Below, one piece after another: positions 34,139 to 44,694 of a DNA stretch of 64,000 nucleotides. The notes beneath the pieces were generated by a model. It was not told the origin of the DNA, made no database searches, and worked only from the letters and a program-made list of their open reading frames with translations. Every line of letters starts with the position of its first letter. The first letter of the stretch is position 1. The position numbers and the translations under genes were made by a program. Origin of the DNA: an uncultured Bacteroidales bacterium (GTDB lineage Bacteria; Bacteroidota; Bacteroidia; Bacteroidales; WCHB1-69); assembly GCA_937949745.1 (NCBI GenBank), contig CALECM010000105.1:42877-106876 (forward strand), given 5' to 3'.

Positions 34139-36799
34139 TTAAACCTTATTTTTCTTTCTGAATAATCTTTCTATCGCTTTTATGATTTCCATAACAGGCA
34201 GCGGAGCAATGGAAAGCCCTATTACCCATAACCACTGATCCTTGTTGAGATCCGATACATGGAAAATATTTTCCAGGGCCGGGATTTCCAGAACGATCAC
34301 CATTAGACCGATGACGATTGCCAGGGCTCCGAGCAGATATTTATTCTTGAACATTCCCTTAAAAGCGGAAAATTTAGTAGACCGTACATTAAATACATGG
34401 GTAATCTGTGTGAAAGCCAGTACGGCGAAAGTCATGGTCTGGGCAATTTCAATCCCCGATCTCATTCCGATACGGAAGGCAATCAGTGATAAGATCGCAA
34501 TCAAACTACCCTGAAGAATGATCCTTACAGAGAAAGGACGCGTCATAATGCCCTGGTGGGAATCGATAGGTTTCCGTTTCATAATATCGGGATCCGCGGG
34601 GTCCACACTAAGCGCAAGGGCGGGTAGACTATCGGTAACCAAATTGATCCAGAGTATATGGATGGGCAACAACGGTACCGCCCAATTCGCCACTATAGCG
34701 ACAAAAAGTACTAATATCTCACCAATATTGGTGGACAACATAAACTGGACTGCTTTGAGGATATTATCATAGATCCGGCGTCCTTCTTCCACAGCGGTAA
34801 CGATCGTGGCAAAATTATCATCCGTCAGCACGACATCCGCCGCTTCTTTAGAAACGTCAGTTCCCACTATTCCCATCGCCACACCGATATCAGCCAGTTT
34901 AAGTGCAGGCGCGTCGTTAACACCGTCTCCGGTCATCGCGACAACCGCACCGTTTTCCTGGAACGCTTTCACAATCCTGACCTTATGTTCCGGAGTAACC
35001 CTTGCGTATACTGCAATAGAATTCACTTTATCTTTCAGCTCTTCATCGGACATTTTTTCCAATTCCGAACCCGTTAAGGCAAGATCCTCTTTTTGTTTAA
35101 TACCCAGAGAATCGGCAATAGCCACAGCCGTAATTTTATGGTCACCCGTAATCATCACCGGCTTAATTCCCGCAGTCCTGCATTTTTCCACGGCTATCTT
35201 TACTTCCTCCCTCGGCGGATCAATCAATCCCAGCATGCCCACAAACACCAGGTCCTTCTCCAAAGTTGCAGGTTCCACAACATCGGGAAGCGAAGTTAAT
35301 TCTTTGGTGGCCACAGCCAGAACGCGTAACGCGTTTTCCGCCATATGAAGATTGGCTTCATCGATTTTTCGCCTGTCTTCCGGTGTTATCTCACGGATAT
35401 TGTCTTTATCCTTAATACGGGTGCAACAAGCCAATACCTCATCCAGACCGCCTTTGGTAAAGGCTGTCATTTTATCCTCCCTACGGTTAACCGTGGTCAT
35501 CATTTTACGTTCGGAGTCAAAAGGTATTTCGGCAATACGTGGAAAAGTTTGTTCCAACTCATCTTTAATGATACCGAATTTTATTCCCAGATCCAGCATC
35601 GCTGTCTCGGTAGGATCTCCATTGGTAACGAATTTACCATTTTCTTTACTCAGAATACTGTCGTTAGCCAATATCGAGATATCGATAAGATTCTCATATT
35701 TTTTAATGGATCCATCGTTTATATCCGTAACATCTTCGGTGATTCCGTCTGCATAAATTTTTACTACGGTCATTTTATTCTGGGTAAGCGTACCGGTCTT
35801 ATCGGAACAGATCACCTGGGTACTTCCTAAAGTTTCCACAGAAGGAAGAGTCCTGATGATCGCATTTTTTTTCACCAGACGCTGAACTCCGACCGCCAGA
35901 ACGATTGTGGAAACTGCGGGCAATCCTTCGGGAATAGCAGCAGCAGCGAGACTGACCGCTGTCATGAACATTTCCATGATCCCTTTTCCGTAAAGTATTC
36001 CGATCACGAAAATGATAGCACAAATAATAATGGCTGCGATACCTAAGAATTTCCCCAGTTTATCCAGCCTTTTCTGTAATGGGGTTTTAACATCCGGTAC
36101 GGATTGGATCATGGAGGCTATCTTTCCGACTTCCGAAACCATGCCGATAGCCACTACAACACCTTTTCCCCTTCCGTAAGTCACATTAGTAGCGCTATAA
36201 GCCATATTTACCCGATCACCCAAAGGGACATCATCCCCTTCGATAGGAAGAGTATTTTTTTCACTCGGTACGGATTCCCCGGTAAGCGCCGCTTCCTGGA
36301 TCTTTAAATTAACTGCTTCCACCAAACGTAAATCGGCAGGAATTGAATCGCCTGTTTCCAGTATTACGACATCTCCCGGTACCAATTCCCTGGATTCGAC
36401 AACTTTCATTTGTCCGTCCCGTAATACCTTACTGTGGGGTGACGAAAGTTTTTCAAGGGCATCCAGTGATTTTTCAGCTTTCGCTTCCTGTACCACCCCA
36501 ATAACGGCGTTCAGGATGACAATCACCAGGATAATGATAGCATCGGTAAATCCTTCGCCGTTTAAATATCCCACTACTCCAGAAATGATAGCGGCAACCA
36601 GGAGCACGATGATCATAAAACTCTTAAATTGCTCTAAGAATTTAATCAATAAGCTTTTGTGCTTCTTTTTGGTAAATACATTCCATCCGTATTCCTGACG
36701 GCGTTTTTCAATTTCATTTTCTGTGAGGCCTTCCGAGAAGGAAGTTTTAAAGTTTTCTTTTATTTCCTCAATAGTTTGGTTAAAATAATTTGTTTTCAT
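34139..36799 (-). CDS. P-type (P2) cation-transporting ATPase, Ca2+-ATPase-like
   Basis: ORF 34139..36826; Met at 36799 (MKTNYF) preferred. TGES, DKTGTLT, KGGLDEV, MITGDH, GDGVNDAPAL. Confidence 0.85.
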   Translation of the reverse strand: MKTNYFNQTIEEIKENFKTSFSEGLTENEIEKRRQEYGWNVFTKKKHKSLLIKFLEQFKSFMIIVLLVAAIISGVVGYLNGEGFTDAIIILVIVILNAVIGVVQEAKAEKSLDALEKLSSPHSKVLRDGQMKVVESRELVPGDVVILETGDSIPADLRLVEAVNLKIQEAALTGESVPSEKNTLPIEGDDVPLGDRVNMAYSATNVTYGRGKGVVVAIGMVSEVGKIASMIQSVPDVKTPLQKRLDKLGKFLGIAAIIICAIIFVIGILYGKGIMEMFMTAVSLAAAAIPEGLPAVSTIVLAVGVQRLVKKNAIIRTLPSVETLGSTQVICSDKTGTLTQNKMTVVKIYADGITEDVTDINDGSIKKYENLIDISILANDSILSKENGKFVTNGDPTETAMLDLGIKFGIIKDELEQTFPRIAEIPFDSERKMMTTVNRREDKMTAFTKGGLDEVLACCTRIKDKDNIREITPEDRRKIDEANLHMAENALRVLAVATKELTSLPDVVEPATLEKDLVFVGMLGLIDPPREEVKIAVEKCRTAGIKPVMITGDHKITAVAIADSLGIKQKEDLALTGSELEKMSDEELKDKVNSIAVYARVTPEHKVRIVKAFQENGAVVAMTGDGVNDAPALKLADIGVAMGIVGTDVSKEAADVVLTDDNFATIVTAVEEGRRIYDNILKAVQFMLSTNIGEILVLFVAIVANWAVPLLPIHILWINLVTDSLPALALSVDPADPDIMKRKPIDSHQGIMTRPFSVRIILQGSLIAILSLIAFRIGMRSGIEIAQTMTFAVLAFTQITHVFNVRSTKFSAFKGMFKNKYLLGALAIVIGLMVIVLEIPALENIFHVSDLNKDQWLWVIGLSIAPLPVMEIIKAIERLFRKKNKV

Positions 36800-36933
36800 G
36801 TATATAAATTTCTTTTGGAAAACCATTTCCGGTTTCCTCCCTATATTAAATGATTATGATGGATATTTGTTTAATTACGTTGAGCTTTGTGGCACAATCG
36901 GGGAAACTCTATTATGGAGGACAATTCATATAC

Positions 36934-36968
36934 AAAAATTTTTGCCTGACCGTTTGGTCAGGCAAAAA
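36934..36968 (-). terminator. rho-independent terminator after the DUF2723 gene
   Basis: On the minus strand: ttttgcctgacc-aaac-ggtcaggcaaaa (13-bp stem including the A/T extension) followed by tttttg. Confidence 0.7.
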
Positions 36969-37045
36969 TACTATTTTTTTAATTCAAATAGAATAAATTG
37001 GATTTTTTATTGATAAAAATATGTAAGATACAATATATCAATTAT

Positions 37046-40000
37046 CTATCGCAATGTACTTCTTATCATTTGTTCCATTTGCGGATTTATATCTTTCACT
37101 ACAGCCAGATATTTTTCAATAACCTGAATACCTTTTTGTGCAGTAGCTTCATTTCCGGTCACATTACATAAACTTACTATAAGGCTCAAATTCTGGAGGT
37201 CATTCGCAATACTTTGGAAATCTTCCATTTTCTTTATTTTCCCTTCCAGTGATCTGTTGAGATCATTAATATAAACCTCACCTGTACGCTCTATTTTAAT
37301 CTGTTTAAATACAGGTTCCAGAAGTTTTATTTTTTCCTCATTCAAAATCAGCATCATTTGATTCAGGATGATAAAATTATCATTGATATGTTCCATCTGG
37401 ATCTGGACAGTACGGTCATTACTATTTTCCAGCCAGTTGAAATCTTCCACGAGATGGCGGACAATAATATTGACGATATCTAATCCTTTTTGCTGAGCCG
37501 ATTCGGTCGGAATATTAAAATAAGTTTCCGCATAATAAATATTGGCCAAAGAATAGTACCACTGATAAGTCAGTTTATACGGGAATATGCTTTCGGGCAA
37601 AAGCTCATTTCCAAAATCCAGAACCTCTTCAGCCTTTTGCGGATTTCCTTCATCCAGCAGGGATTGTCCCAAATGCCTGTACAGACTTCTGATAAGATTG
37701 ATCAAACGCACGTTATCTTCGGAATGATAAACCCGCGGATCGTTAAATCCTCCCCACAGATACGGATAAGGTTCTTTCGCGGGAGCATCCGGATAATTTA
37801 CCCTGTCTACCCTGCTATGGTCGCTAAATACATGCATCAGGTTATTATACAGGATTTCGCTGTCGATACGGCCGTTTTCATATCCGGGTCTCCTGGGTGT
37901 TTTGATGGGAACCAAACGGTAAGCCAATCCTTCCAGCTGGAAATATTCCTCAAGGCCGAGATAGGCTTCTGCCCCGGTGGTAGAAGCGTAATAAATGGGA
38001 CGTTCCCAATTATTATTGGCCAGGATATCCATCATTACGATATAGGCTTTATAAAAAGCATTATCCCGTGTAGAAGTTGCGTTCCATGTGAGGCGGTCTA
38101 CGATCAGGGAATCCAGGCCGGGTTTCACAGTCCCGTTCGCCAATACTTTTTCTTTATCCACAGGCAGGGAGAAACTTGCCGGAATAGGCCGTCCGTTCCT
38201 GTACCCGTCATTGGTCAGTACGATACGCCGCTGGTTATCAAATTCCGGCGATTTTACATAGTCCACGATGTCTTTCAAATTATAATACTGATTACCCGGT
38301 TTATCCAGGACAAGCACATCGCGGGTTCCGTCTTTATACTGATCCCATGTAAGGGTGATAGGTAGCGGATCCGAATTATACACCTGTCTCTTCATCTGGT
38401 CTATATACCATCCCGCCGACAAAAGGCTAAGGTTGCAGACCCTCACGTCGGTACGGTATCCTTCCACTTCCTGGGCATACCAAAGCGGGAAAGTATCGTT
38501 ATCTCCCAGAGTAAAAAGAATCGCATTGGGAGCACATGAATCGAGGTAATTCTTAGCGATAGCCAGCGCCGTATAACGGTGAGAACGATCGTGGTCGTCC
38601 CAATTCTGGGATGCCATGATCCCGGGAACCAGTCCCACGCATAACAAGGTGGTCAGTACCGCAGCGCCTACCTGTATCCGGCTATTTTTAATTCTCTCGA
38701 ACAGGGAATAAATACCGAAAACCCCGAAGCCTATCCAGATGGAAAAGGCGTAAAACGAAGCCGCGAAGGCGTAATCCCTTTCTCGGGGCTGGAAAGGATA
38801 CATATTGAGATAGAAGGCTATGGCCAGTCCGGTCATCGCGAACAAAAGCAGTACAATAAAAGAATTGGAAAGATCTTTTCGCGAATAGAATATAATACCT
38901 ATGATACCAAGGATAAGCGGAAGCAAGTAGTATTTATTGTGGCCGGGGCGTTCCATGGAAGGCGGCAGGTCCTGCTGGTTTCCCACAAGCAGGTTATCCA
39001 CGAACGGTATACCGGTTACCCAATTACCGTTATAGAGATCGCCTCTGCCCTGAATATCATTCTGACGTCCTGCAAAGTTCCACATAAAATATCTGAAATA
39101 CATATAATTAAACTGATATGTATGCAGGAATTTCATATTCATATTGTGGGTCGGCACCTTATTCCGGTTAATATGCCGGAGGGCTTCCTTATCCGATTCC
39201 GAATCCGAATTATACTGGTTTTTCATCCAGCTGATATATTCATTCCGTTTTTCATATGACCACATACGCGGGAAGAACATGTTATCCTGATAAATATATT
39301 CCACATTTTTCCTGGGATCGGATACCACATATTTTTTGGTTTTTTCATCCCTTACATAAACCGGATTACCGTCTTTGGTCCCGACAGGTCTGGAATTGTA
39401 GGAATGACCGTAAATCAGTGGATTGGATCCGTATTGCTCCCGGTTGAGATATGCCAGTAAAGCTACGGCGTCGTCGGGATTATTTTCATCTATGGTAGGA
39501 TTGGCATTCGAACGGATGATCAACGTCAGGAATGTGGAATAACCGATCAATAAAAAGATAAAACTGAATATCCCGGCCTGAAGGACTTTTTTGTCTTTTT
39601 TAAATCCATAATAAAGACCTACACCTACCAGGGCAAAAATGATCAGGAAAAAGATAATAACACCCGAATTGAAAGGCATACCGATCTTATTCACAAAGAA
39701 TATATCGAATTTTCCGGCCAGGTTCACGATCTCGGGAATAATACCATAGAGAATCGCGGCCAGCAGTACAAAAGAAAACACCAAAGAGAGGAAAACCCCC
39801 CATTCGGCCTTGGATCTGATAGTACCTTTTTTAATACATATATATAATAAAGGAGCCGTAATGAATATCCATATCAGGATCATCATCCATGTCGAGAAGA
39901 AAATACCGGCAAAGAAGGAAATAATCGCTAAAGTCAAGACCACACCCATCGAAGTCGCATTTTTGGACATCTTGAAGTACATCACCAGTACGATAGCGGG

Positions 40001-40606
40001 TAAAGTCAATAAATTCAATAAATGGACCCCGATAGACAATCCTACCAGATAAGCGATCAAAACGATCCAGCGATGCGGGTTGACTCCGGCAATACGATGA
40101 TCATATTCATAATCCCATTTCAGGATACACCAGAATACGAGTGCGGTAAAGAAAGAGGACATGGCATATACCTCGCCTTCAACCGCGGAAAACCAGAAAG
40201 TATCCGTAAATGTATAAGTTAAGGCGCCTACCAGTGCTGAGCCGAACAAAGCTATTTCGCGGCCGGTGGTCATTCCGCCGAGTTTATTTACCAATTTCCT
40301 TCCCAGCATGGTCATGGTCCAGAAGAGGAGCATGATTGTGAGACCGCTGCATATTCCCGACATAATATTCACGCTTAATGCGACTTTGGTCACATCGCCG
40401 GCAAATAAAGTAAAGAAATGCCCTATCAGCTGGAATGTCGGGGCTCCGGGCGGATGTCCCACTAATAATTTGTATGTGGTAGCGATATATTCGCCGCAAT
40501 CCCACCAGGAAGCGGTTGGTTCTGCGGTCATGATGTAAACGGCAGAGGCAATAATACCTAATGCCCATCCCATTATGTTGTTAATTGTTTTATAACGCTT
40601 TGTCAT
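37046..40606 (-). CDS. DUF2723 (TMEM260-like) polytopic membrane protein with large C-terminal soluble region
   Basis: TAEPTASWWDCGEYIATTYKLLVGHPPGAPTFQLIG N-terminal signature, followed by many TM segments. Confidence 0.75.
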   Translation of the reverse strand: MTKRYKTINNIMGWALGIIASAVYIMTAEPTASWWDCGEYIATTYKLLVGHPPGAPTFQLIGHFFTLFAGDVTKVALSVNIMSGICSGLTIMLLFWTMTMLGRKLVNKLGGMTTGREIALFGSALVGALTYTFTDTFWFSAVEGEVYAMSSFFTALVFWCILKWDYEYDHRIAGVNPHRWIVLIAYLVGLSIGVHLLNLLTLPAIVLVMYFKMSKNATSMGVVLTLAIISFFAGIFFSTWMMILIWIFITAPLLYICIKKGTIRSKAEWGVFLSLVFSFVLLAAILYGIIPEIVNLAGKFDIFFVNKIGMPFNSGVIIFFLIIFALVGVGLYYGFKKDKKVLQAGIFSFIFLLIGYSTFLTLIIRSNANPTIDENNPDDAVALLAYLNREQYGSNPLIYGHSYNSRPVGTKDGNPVYVRDEKTKKYVVSDPRKNVEYIYQDNMFFPRMWSYEKRNEYISWMKNQYNSDSESDKEALRHINRNKVPTHNMNMKFLHTYQFNYMYFRYFMWNFAGRQNDIQGRGDLYNGNWVTGIPFVDNLLVGNQQDLPPSMERPGHNKYYLLPLILGIIGIIFYSRKDLSNSFIVLLLFAMTGLAIAFYLNMYPFQPRERDYAFAASFYAFSIWIGFGVFGIYSLFERIKNSRIQVGAAVLTTLLCVGLVPGIMASQNWDDHDRSHRYTALAIAKNYLDSCAPNAILFTLGDNDTFPLWYAQEVEGYRTDVRVCNLSLLSAGWYIDQMKRQVYNSDPLPITLTWDQYKDGTRDVLVLDKPGNQYYNLKDIVDYVKSPEFDNQRRIVLTNDGYRNGRPIPASFSLPVDKEKVLANGTVKPGLDSLIVDRLTWNATSTRDNAFYKAYIVMMDILANNNWERPIYYASTTGAEAYLGLEEYFQLEGLAYRLVPIKTPRRPGYENGRIDSEILYNNLMHVFSDHSRVDRVNYPDAPAKEPYPYLWGGFNDPRVYHSEDNVRLINLIRSLYRHLGQSLLDEGNPQKAEEVLDFGNELLPESIFPYKLTYQWYYSLANIYYAETYFNIPTESAQQKGLDIVNIIVRHLVEDFNWLENSNDRTVQIQMEHINDNFIILNQMMLILNEEKIKLLEPVFKQIKIERTGEVYINDLNRSLEGKIKKMEDFQSIANDLQNLSLIVSLCNVTGNEATAQKGIQVIEKYLAVVKDINPQMEQMIRSTLR

Positions 40607-40680
40607 GCTGGATATGATTAATTTATATTGATCTGTATATTAAAACCGGTATTATCTCACCGGGCCGGAAATGCCTTCAA

Positions 40681-41703
40681 CTAATACGAAAGCGCTTCGA
40701 ATTGCTGGAGGAACCGGATATCGTTTTCAAATAATAACCTGATATCGTTAATTTTATATTTTAACATAGTCATTCTTTCAATACCGATGCCGATCGCATA
40801 ACCACTATATTTCTCCGGGTCAATGCCGCAATTCTCCAATACGTTGGGATCTACGATACCGCAACCTAATATTTCCACCCAACCCGAATGCTTACATATA
40901 GGACATCCTTTACCTCCACAAATCTGACAGGAAATATCCATCTCTGCGGAAGGTTCCGTAAACGGGAAAAAAGAGGGTCTCAACCGGATCCTGGTTTCCT
41001 GTCCGAACATTTCCCGGGCAAAGAAGAGAAGCGTTTGCATCATATCGGCAAATGAAACATTTTCGGCAATGTACAGTGCTTCTACCTGGTGGAACATACA
41101 GTGGGAGCGCGCTGTGATAGCTTCGTTACGGTAAACCCGTCCCGGACAAATCACCCTGATCGGCGGTGTTTCCGTTTCCATGGCACGCACCTGGATAGAA
41201 GATGTATGGGTTCTCAACAAAACATCCGGTTTCAATTCGATAAAAAAGGTATCCTGCATATCACGGGCAGGGTGTTCTTCCGGAAAATTCAAAGCGGTAA
41301 AAACATGCCAGTCGTCTTCAATCTCGGGACCGTCCACGATCTCGAATCCGATTTTTTCAAAAATAGAGCATACCTCATCCATTACGACTGAAACAGGATG
41401 TAATGATCCCGGTTTTACAGTTACTGCGGGCCGTGTAAGATCGCTACCGCTTTCCCGGTATGTAATGCCTGATTCCAGCTTTTCTTTTCCCGACTCGTAA
41501 TATTGCTGGGCGCTATTCTTTAATTCGTTAACCTGTTGTCCGAAAGCTTTTCTTTCTTCCGGCGGAATATTTTTAATTTCACCTAACAGCGTTTGCAATT
41601 CACTCTTTTTACTGAGGAATTGTAAACGGAATTGCTCCAGTTGCTCAATATTTTCTATGGAAAAATTTTCAATCTGCTCTTTAATTTTTTCAATAGACGA
41701 CAT
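40681..41703 (-). CDS. pheS: phenylalanine--tRNA ligase subunit alpha
   Basis: HPARDMQDTFF, LRTHTS, GRVYRNE, FHQVE, FPFTEPS, GIGIERM. Confidence 0.9.
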   Translation of the reverse strand: MSSIEKIKEQIENFSIENIEQLEQFRLQFLSKKSELQTLLGEIKNIPPEERKAFGQQVNELKNSAQQYYESGKEKLESGITYRESGSDLTRPAVTVKPGSLHPVSVVMDEVCSIFEKIGFEIVDGPEIEDDWHVFTALNFPEEHPARDMQDTFFIELKPDVLLRTHTSSIQVRAMETETPPIRVICPGRVYRNEAITARSHCMFHQVEALYIAENVSFADMMQTLLFFAREMFGQETRIRLRPSFFPFTEPSAEMDISCQICGGKGCPICKHSGWVEILGCGIVDPNVLENCGIDPEKYSGYAIGIGIERMTMLKYKINDIRLLFENDIRFLQQFEALSY

Positions 41704-41733
41704 CTGTTCTATATCTTTATTATAATTGATCCG

Positions 41734-42387
41734 TTAATTTTCAAGAACCGTAGCCTCGATGATCTTAATATCCTGCTGGGGCCTGTCACGGCCGTCTTTC
41801 GGTTGCGCGGCTATTTTATCCACGGTTTCCATACCTGATAATACTTCGCCGAATACCGTATATTGTCCGTTAAGGTGGGGTGCTCCCCGCATTCCGTCCA
41901 CAATATAAAACTGGGAACCGGAAGATTCCCTGTTGGGGTTCACCTGATCTCCCAGACGAGCGGCTGCCACGGCTCCCCTTTTATGTTGAAGGGTGGGTAC
42001 AATCTCGGCGGGAATAGTGTAACCGGGTCCTCCGGTACCTAAAGCCTGCCCTTTGGCAGCGGTTTTGGAATCCGGATCTCCAGTCTGGATCATAAAATTC
42101 TGGATAACACGGTGGAATAAGACTCCATCATAGAATTTTTCGTTAACCAGTTTAATAAAATTATCCCGGTGAAGGGGTGTTTCATTATAAAGCCCTATGG
42201 TAATATCTCCCATAGTCGTTTTAAGTAATATTTTAGTCATATCTTTTTGTGTTTCCGTTGTGATTTCTTCCGTGGTCTTTTCAGGCTCGCCGGCGGATTT
42301 AGGTTTCTGTTCGTTATTTTTTGCAGAGGTACAGCTTATGAATATACAGCCGATGCATAAGAACATGAATAATTTCGATTTTTTCAT
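41734..42387 (-). CDS. cyclophilin-type peptidyl-prolyl isomerase, lipoprotein
   Basis: Lipobox IFISC. FHRVIQNFMIQTGDP, GSQFYIV, VFGEVLSGMETVDKI. Confidence 0.85.
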   Translation of the reverse strand: MKKSKLFMFLCIGCIFISCTSAKNNEQKPKSAGEPEKTTEEITTETQKDMTKILLKTTMGDITIGLYNETPLHRDNFIKLVNEKFYDGVLFHRVIQNFMIQTGDPDSKTAAKGQALGTGGPGYTIPAEIVPTLQHKRGAVAAARLGDQVNPNRESSGSQFYIVDGMRGAPHLNGQYTVFGEVLSGMETVDKIAAQPKDGRDRPQQDIKIIEATVLEN

Positions 42388-42440
42388 AGAATTAATGATG
42401 AATGTTTAACATATTTTTTCTTGAAATATTTTTAAGGTCG

Positions 42441-42448
42441 CAAATATA
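42441..42448 (-). promoter_or_regulatory. Bacteroidota -7 box (TAnnTTTG)
   Basis: TATATTTG on the minus strand, 53 nt upstream of the PPIase ATG at 42387. Confidence 0.45.
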
Positions 42449-42732
42449 CTTAAAAAATACAATGCTTGATGTCCGCTCCCGGGTTTCTTTATGTAAGAAC
42501 TTTATATTCAACACATAATTTGTTCATCTAAAAGAATAAAAAAATGGTCTAATTGTTAAATTTACAGGGAATTATAATTTCATAAATATACTCCGGCATA
42601 TTAACAAACAACTCATTTCACTTTCCGCTAATTTAGCCGGTAAATAGCCCGATAAATAAAATTGGTAAACTATTATACTTTTCATTTGTTTCACTTTGAC
42701 AAATTAATTTAAGGTCATATTATAATTTTGTT

Positions 42733-42740
42733 TATTTTTG
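42733..42740 (+). promoter_or_regulatory. Bacteroidota -7 box (TAnnTTTG)
   Basis: TATTTTTG, 43 nt upstream of ATG 42784. Confidence 0.45.
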
Positions 42741-42783
42741 CCACTGCAATATTTATATCTTGTATATAAAAAACATTATAAAG

Positions 42784-43170
42784 ATGAAAAAATTAGTTCA
42801 TATTATTCCGGTTATAGCGGGTGTAATCATGTTATTACTTTTATGCACCCAATGTCACAAAGATCCGGTATATAATGCCCGTATTACCTGCCGTTTTTCA
42901 ACAAACGGTATAGATACGGGACAGGTTGCGAGTTTCACCCATCTGGAAATCGGGAAAGCCGACTACGGTGATTTTGCCAAAAGATCGGTGAATACCGACG
43001 TCAGGGGAATCTATGAGACCACATTCCAATATGAAGCCCTTCTGGATATTGTTGGAACCCTCACCACTTATGATGAGGACAGTGTTGCTTATCATTTCCT
43101 CGGTACCGGCCAGATAAAACTCATTCCTGATGAACTTGCCGAAGCCGTTATACTCATGATCCCTCAATAA
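42784..43170 (+). CDS. hypothetical small lipoprotein
   Basis: ORF 42760..43170; Met 42784 gives MKKLVHIIPVIAGVIMLLLLCTQC. No family recognised. Confidence 0.45.
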   Translation: MKKLVHIIPVIAGVIMLLLLCTQCHKDPVYNARITCRFSTNGIDTGQVASFTHLEIGKADYGDFAKRSVNTDVRGIYETTFQYEALLDIVGTLTTYDEDSVAYHFLGTGQIKLIPDELAEAVILMIPQ

Positions 43171-43260
43171 TAGGAAGATTTAAATAATTCTTAAATTATT
43201 TGTTATTAACGATTATTTGACGTTTGTCAGATAATCTATTGTTTAACGAAATCAAACGTT

Positions 43261-44640
43261 TTGAAAAGAAAAAATTGGAGTTTATTATTTTTAGGATTAT
43301 CCACCATGGCATATTTTATCTTTATGCTTTTCGTCTCGGCGGTAAATCCCGATAAAAAACAAATACACCATTCTCCCAAACCTGTCAGGGAATATGCCGA
43401 AATAGAAAGCACTGATACCATTTGCGCCTTATTATTATCGAAAGCATCCGATTATTTTATTTACAAAGGAACCCCTATAGGCTTTCAATACGAATTATTG
43501 ATCGAATTGGGAAAAAATTTAGGTAAGACCATGAATATCACGGTCGAAAACGATCCTAATATAGCTTACGAAGCCATTTTTTCAGGGCAGTACGACATTG
43601 TTGCCATCGATTACAAAAGAAATCCGCTTATTGATTATTATTTAACTTTTTCCGAACCTCATTCAACTTCTTATCCTGTGTTGGTCGGAAAAACGGGATT
43701 CCCGAAGGATAGCCTGACCTGCACGATCGGCATACCGTCGCGGTTCCCTATCGATATCGAACCCGATCTTATACCGGGTACGGAAACGCTGGAAATCTCC
43801 TATCACGAGGATATGACAACGGAAGACCTTTTCGATAAAGTACAGAAAGAGGAAGAACACTATTTGATATGTGATTACAACGAGGCCATTACGCTGCTTC
43901 CCTTTTTCAGCGACCTGAAAGTAGTGGTTCCGGCGGGTCAGGTTTATGACCGTCAATGGAACCTCAACGGAAAAAATCGTGAACTCAACGCGAAGATCAA
44001 CGAGTGGCTTTCAGAATTTAAAGAAAGCAGTAAGTACGAGAAATTGTGCAAAAAATATCTTTCCCCGAAATCCGCCGTAATTAATCATTCTTTTAAAAAA
44101 TCCGGTTATAACAGGATATCCCCTTATGACCAGATTATAAAGAAGAATGCCGAAAAAAGAGGGGTGGACTGGCGATTCGTAACTTCTATTATTTACCAGG
44201 AAACCAAATTCCACACTGATCTGATAGGAATGGGCGGCAGTTTCGGACTTATGCAGATGATGCCTGTAACGGGATCACGTTACGGAGTTGACGAAAATTC
44301 GACGCCGGAAGAGCAAATCATAGCGGGTATCCGTTATATATGCTTTCTTGAAAAGATCTACAAAGATATTCCTGACGACCAGGAGAGGTTGAAATTCATT
44401 GCCGGAGCATACAATTCAGGACCGGGACATATTAACGATGCGCAACGTCTTTGTGAAAAATACGGATCAGATCCTTTCAGTTGGGAGGATGTGGCAGGAT
44501 ATCTTGCATTGAAATCCAAAAGTGAATTTGTAAAGGATCCTGTGGTCAAACATGGATATTATCCCGGCAACCATACCGTTAAATATGTATCCCAGGTAAT
44601 GGACCGTTATGAAGCTTACTCGGTCGTGGTTTCGAAATAA
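43261..44640 (+). CDS. MltF-like lytic transglycosylase (solute-binding-like domain plus SLT domain)
   Basis: TTG start per the ORF track (alternative ATG at 43306). N-terminal TM segment. SLT motifs IIYQETKF, GLMQMMP, AYNSGPGH. Confidence 0.7.
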   Translation: MKRKNWSLLFLGLSTMAYFIFMLFVSAVNPDKKQIHHSPKPVREYAEIESTDTICALLLSKASDYFIYKGTPIGFQYELLIELGKNLGKTMNITVENDPNIAYEAIFSGQYDIVAIDYKRNPLIDYYLTFSEPHSTSYPVLVGKTGFPKDSLTCTIGIPSRFPIDIEPDLIPGTETLEISYHEDMTTEDLFDKVQKEEEHYLICDYNEAITLLPFFSDLKVVVPAGQVYDRQWNLNGKNRELNAKINEWLSEFKESSKYEKLCKKYLSPKSAVINHSFKKSGYNRISPYDQIIKKNAEKRGVDWRFVTSIIYQETKFHTDLIGMGGSFGLMQMMPVTGSRYGVDENSTPEEQIIAGIRYICFLEKIYKDIPDDQERLKFIAGAYNSGPGHINDAQRLCEKYGSDPFSWEDVAGYLALKSKSEFVKDPVVKHGYYPGNHTVKYVSQVMDRYEAYSVVVSK

Positions 44641-44667
44641 TATGATCAGGGAAGCGTTTATTTATTG

Positions 44668-44675
44668 TATTTTTG
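44668..44675 (+). promoter_or_regulatory. Bacteroidota -7 box (TAnnTTTG)
   Basis: TATTTTTG, 19 nt upstream of the purB ATG at 44695. Confidence 0.5.
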
Positions 44676-44694
44676 CACCTTAATTACAGAAATT

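Noticed and set aside
34806-35830. 180-, 161- and 134-aa ORFs antisense to the P-type ATPase
   Set aside because: They are Ser/Ala/Thr-rich shadow frames of a highly conserved gene (the DKTGTLT and GDGVNDAPAL regions lie opposite) and they overlap each other.
37490-38365. 291-aa ORF antisense to the DUF2723 gene
   Set aside because: Its composition (I/R/F/Q-rich, no motifs) is typical of a mirror-frame artefact. The sense-strand product has strong family signatures across the same region.
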